The translations under genes and the position numbers were made by a program. DNA of 55,401 bases from an uncultured cyanobacterium. Its GTDB lineage: Bacteria > Cyanobacteriota > Cyanobacteriia > Cyanobacteriales > Cyanobacteriaceae. Every line of letters begins with the position of its first letter. Within the stretch, counting starts at the first letter, position 1. The notes below the pieces were generated by a model, which saw only the letters and a program-made list of their open reading frames with translations, was not told the DNA's origin and ran no database searches. The stretch lies in assembly GCA_963749915.1 (NCBI GenBank), contig CAVVOP010000010.1, positions 1 through 55,401 of the forward strand, in the 5' to 3' direction. Positions 52,919-55,401 of this stretch are shown in pieces.

Positions 52919-53279
52919 AAGAAGTACCACACTCTGGACAATCCCAGAATAAAGGTTTTCTCGGATATTCATAACCACAATTATGACAGCTTCCTGTAAA
53001 TGCTGGGTGATTATCTAAAAGCCAGAGCTGTCTTTCCTGGGGGAAACGCAGAATTCGGACAAAATAGTACGCTAAGGCTGAAAGCCTCTTCCTGAGTGGC
53101 TTTCAAAGAAATATCCTGAAAACAGGAAAAGAGTCATAATCTGTCAGATTGGGGTGTACCCTAACCTGATGTCATGCTCAACCACTAAAACCTGTCAGAA
53201 TAGAGTGGTTTTATTATTTAATTGACAGATGTCTCGATAAGTCATAGACTTATTCCTGACACATTTGGCTTTATACATC

Positions 53280-53579
53280 TTGAAGGGTCAACGGATCGGC
53301 TATGTCAGGGTCAGTAGTTTCAACCAGAATCCAGAACGACAACTGGATCGAATCGAATTGGACAAAGTATTCACCGATAAAGCCTCTGGCAAAGATACTC
53401 TCCGACCAGAACTAGATGCACTACAATCCTTCGTGCGGGAGGGAGATACTGTTGTAGTACATACCATGGATCGGCTAGCACGAAATCTTGATGACCTTCG
53501 CCATCTCGTGCAGCAACTCACCAAGCGTGATGTCTGCATTCGTGAAACCTTGTACCAATATCTAAAAACGGACGACTAA
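53280..53579 (+). pseudogene. tnpR: Serine resolvase with a large internal deletion
   Basis: GYVRVSS..QN.ERQL...GDTVVVH.MDRLARN is joined directly to the C-terminal RETLYQYL. Confidence 0.87.
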
Positions 53580-53581
53580 GC

Positions 53582-55401
53582 ATGCCACGTCGTTCAATTC
53601 TCTCTACTACGGAGCAAATGAGTCTGCTGGCATTACCTGACAGCCAAAATGACCTGATCTGTTACTACACATTCAACGAGACAGACTTATCATTGATTCG
53701 ACAACGCCGTGGCGATGCCAATCGACTTGGCTTCGCAATACAGCTTTGTCTGCTCCGCTATCCAGGCTCAATGCTTGGAAGTGACCTGATAGTCACTGAG
53801 TCGTTAATTCAGTGGGTTGCCAGTCAAATTAGGGTAGATGCAGCCGCTTGGAGCAAATATGGTCAACGGGATGAAACTAGGCGCGAACACTTCCAGGAAT
53901 TACGCTCTTATCTTGGTTTGTCGCCATTTAGTCTGGCTGATTTTCGGCTCTTAATCAATGGTCTAACAGATCTGGCGATGCAAACTGACAAAGGCTTGGT
54001 AATTGCAGTACAAGCGACGAAATTGTTAAGACAACGGCAGGTGATTCTACCTGCATTAAAGGTCATTGACCGAGCCTGTGCCGAAGCGATTACCATTGCT
54101 ACCCGCCGTATTTACAAAACGCTCATCGAGCCATTAACAGCAGAACACAAGCAGCGTTTAGACGATCTGCTCAAGGTTAAACCTGAAAGCGGTATTACTT
54201 GGCTGGTATGGCTGCGGCAGTCGCCAGTTAAACCGAATTCTAGACACATGCTAGAACAGATCGATCGCCTCAAAACATTCCAGAAATTGGCTTTGCCAGC
54301 AGAAATCGGGCAGTCTATTCACCAGAATCGGCTATTAAAAATGGCACGTGAAGGGGGACGGATGACCCCACAAGACTTAGCCAAGTTCGAGACCAAGCGA
54401 CGTTACGCCACCTTGGTGGCACTGGCTTTAGAGGGCACTGCTACTGTCACAGATCAGCTTATCGATCTGCACGACCGGATTTTGGGAAAAATATTTAGTA
54501 CTGCTAAACACAAGCATCAGCAAGAATTTCAGGACAAGGGTAAAGCAATCAATGACAAGGTGCGGCTCTATTCAAAAGTCGGTCATGCGCTATTGGATGC
54601 CAAAGAGTCAGGCAGTGACCCATTTGTGGCCATTGAAAAGGTGATTTCTTGGGAGGATTTTATATTGAGTATTACTGAAGCCGACGAACTCAGTCAACCC
54701 GAATCCTTTGACCATTTACAGTTGGTGACTGAGAGTTTTAATATGCTCCGACGGTATACACCAGAGTTTCTAAATGTACTCAAACTTAATGCTGCTCCAG
54801 CCGCCCAACGGGTATTAGATGCCATTACTGTACTCAGGGGGATGAATGCCCGTGGCTCTCGCAAGATGCCAGAAGATGCACCAACTACATTTGTTAAACC
54901 GCGCTGGAAGCCGCTGGTAATTGTCAATGGCAGTATCGACCCTCGCTTCTATGAAATTTGTGCTCTCTCAGAGTTGAAAAATTCACTGCGTGCGGGGGAT
55001 ATCTGGGTGAGTGGTTCCCGCCAGTTCCGCAACTTTGATGAATACCTATTGCCAAGTGAAAAGTTCGCACAGATTAAACAGTCAAATGAATTACCAATTG
55101 CCATCGATTCTAACTGTGATGAATACCTCAAGCAACGATTAGATCGACTCGAACAACAATTGGCTAAAGTCAGTGAGCTAGCACTGGCCAATGAGCTACC
55201 GAATGTCATCATTACTGATACTCGATTAAAGATTACACCATTGGAAACGATCGTACCGGATGGGGCGCAACGACTCATCGACCAAACCTCTGTGCTACTT
55301 CCACGCATCAAAATCACCGAGTTGTTGATGGAAGTGGATGACTGGACTGGTTTTACTCGTCATTTTGTTCATCTCAAAGATGGACAACCCGCACCAGACC
55401 G
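53582..55401 (+). CDS. tnpA: Tn3-family transposase, partial at the window end
   Basis: MPRRSILS...[21 protein letters not shown]...[14 protein letters not shown]; open to the end of the window. Confidence 0.92.
   Translation, partial: MPRRSILSTTEQMSLLALPDSQNDLICYYTFNETDLSLIRQRRGDANRLGFAIQLCLLRYPGSMLGSDLIVTESLIQWVASQIRVDAAAWSKYGQRDETRREHFQELRSYLGLSPFSLADFRLLINGLTDLAMQTDKGLVIAVQATKLLRQRQVILPALKVIDRACAEAITIATRRIYKTLIEPLTAEHKQRLDDLLKVKPESGITWLVWLRQSPVKPNSRHMLEQIDRLKTFQKLALPAEIGQSIHQNRLLKMAREGGRMTPQDLAKFETKRRYATLVALALEGTATVTDQLIDLHDRILGKIFSTAKHKHQQEFQDKGKAINDKVRLYSKVGHALLDAKESGSDPFVAIEKVISWEDFILSITEADELSQPESFDHLQLVTESFNMLRRYTPEFLNVLKLNAAPAAQRVLDAITVLRGMNARGSRKMPEDAPTTFVKPRWKPLVIVNGSIDPRFYEICALSELKNSLRAGDIWVSGSRQFRNFDEYLLPSEKFAQIKQSNELPIAIDSNCDEYLKQRLDRLEQQLAKVSELALANELPNVIITDTRLKITPLETIVPDGAQRLIDQTSVLLPRIKITELLMEVDDWTGFTRHFVHLKDGQPAPD

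Larger units (their letters stand above)
53039..55401 (+). mobile_element. Tn21/Tn501-clade Tn3-family transposon (runs off the window)
   Basis: 38-bp IR GGGGGAAACGCAGAATTCGGACAAAATAGTACGCTAAG, then a res-like region, tnpR and tnpA in the same orientation. Confidence 0.88.

Noticed and set aside
53300..55317. Minus-strand ORFs in the right-hand transposon
   Set aside because: Shadows of tnpR and of the plus-strand tnpA, which the track missed because it has no stop in the window.

Overview
AT-rich cyanobacterial accessory DNA (many HIP1 GCGATCGC octamers and heptamer STRR arrays), most likely a large plasmid or integrated element, with a Tn3-family transposon at each end of the window. The left part is a decayed DUF3780 / DUF1156-methylase / PLD-SNF2 'restriction-like' anti-phage locus holding nested cargo (Panacea TA, VapBC, RAYT with REP-like palindromes, dGTPase). 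The centre and right contain: two paralogous Rep+ParB-like modules, each with its own intragenic 5x20-bp iterons and intragenic palindromes; a tyrosine recombinase; a SNF2/YqhG-like pair; TA pairs; a group II intron that splits a Gp157-family gene in frame; ssb and SSAP-like genes; a GC-rich three-gene island (possible Nif11-like precursor, tandem RmlC cupin, unknown enzyme); IS1634; an orphan mini-CRISPR; and nucA/nuiA. Top observations: (1) all three four-helix-bundle genes sit inside inverted heptamer arrays, and one is carried by a 555-bp transposase-less TIR element with a perfect 10-bp target duplication; (2) the foreign three-gene island is a candidate new RiPP-type pathway; (3) the twin replicons show co-varied binding sites. 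Family assignments come from motif recognition by eye, not database searches. Many 1-bp frameshifts could be assembly errors.
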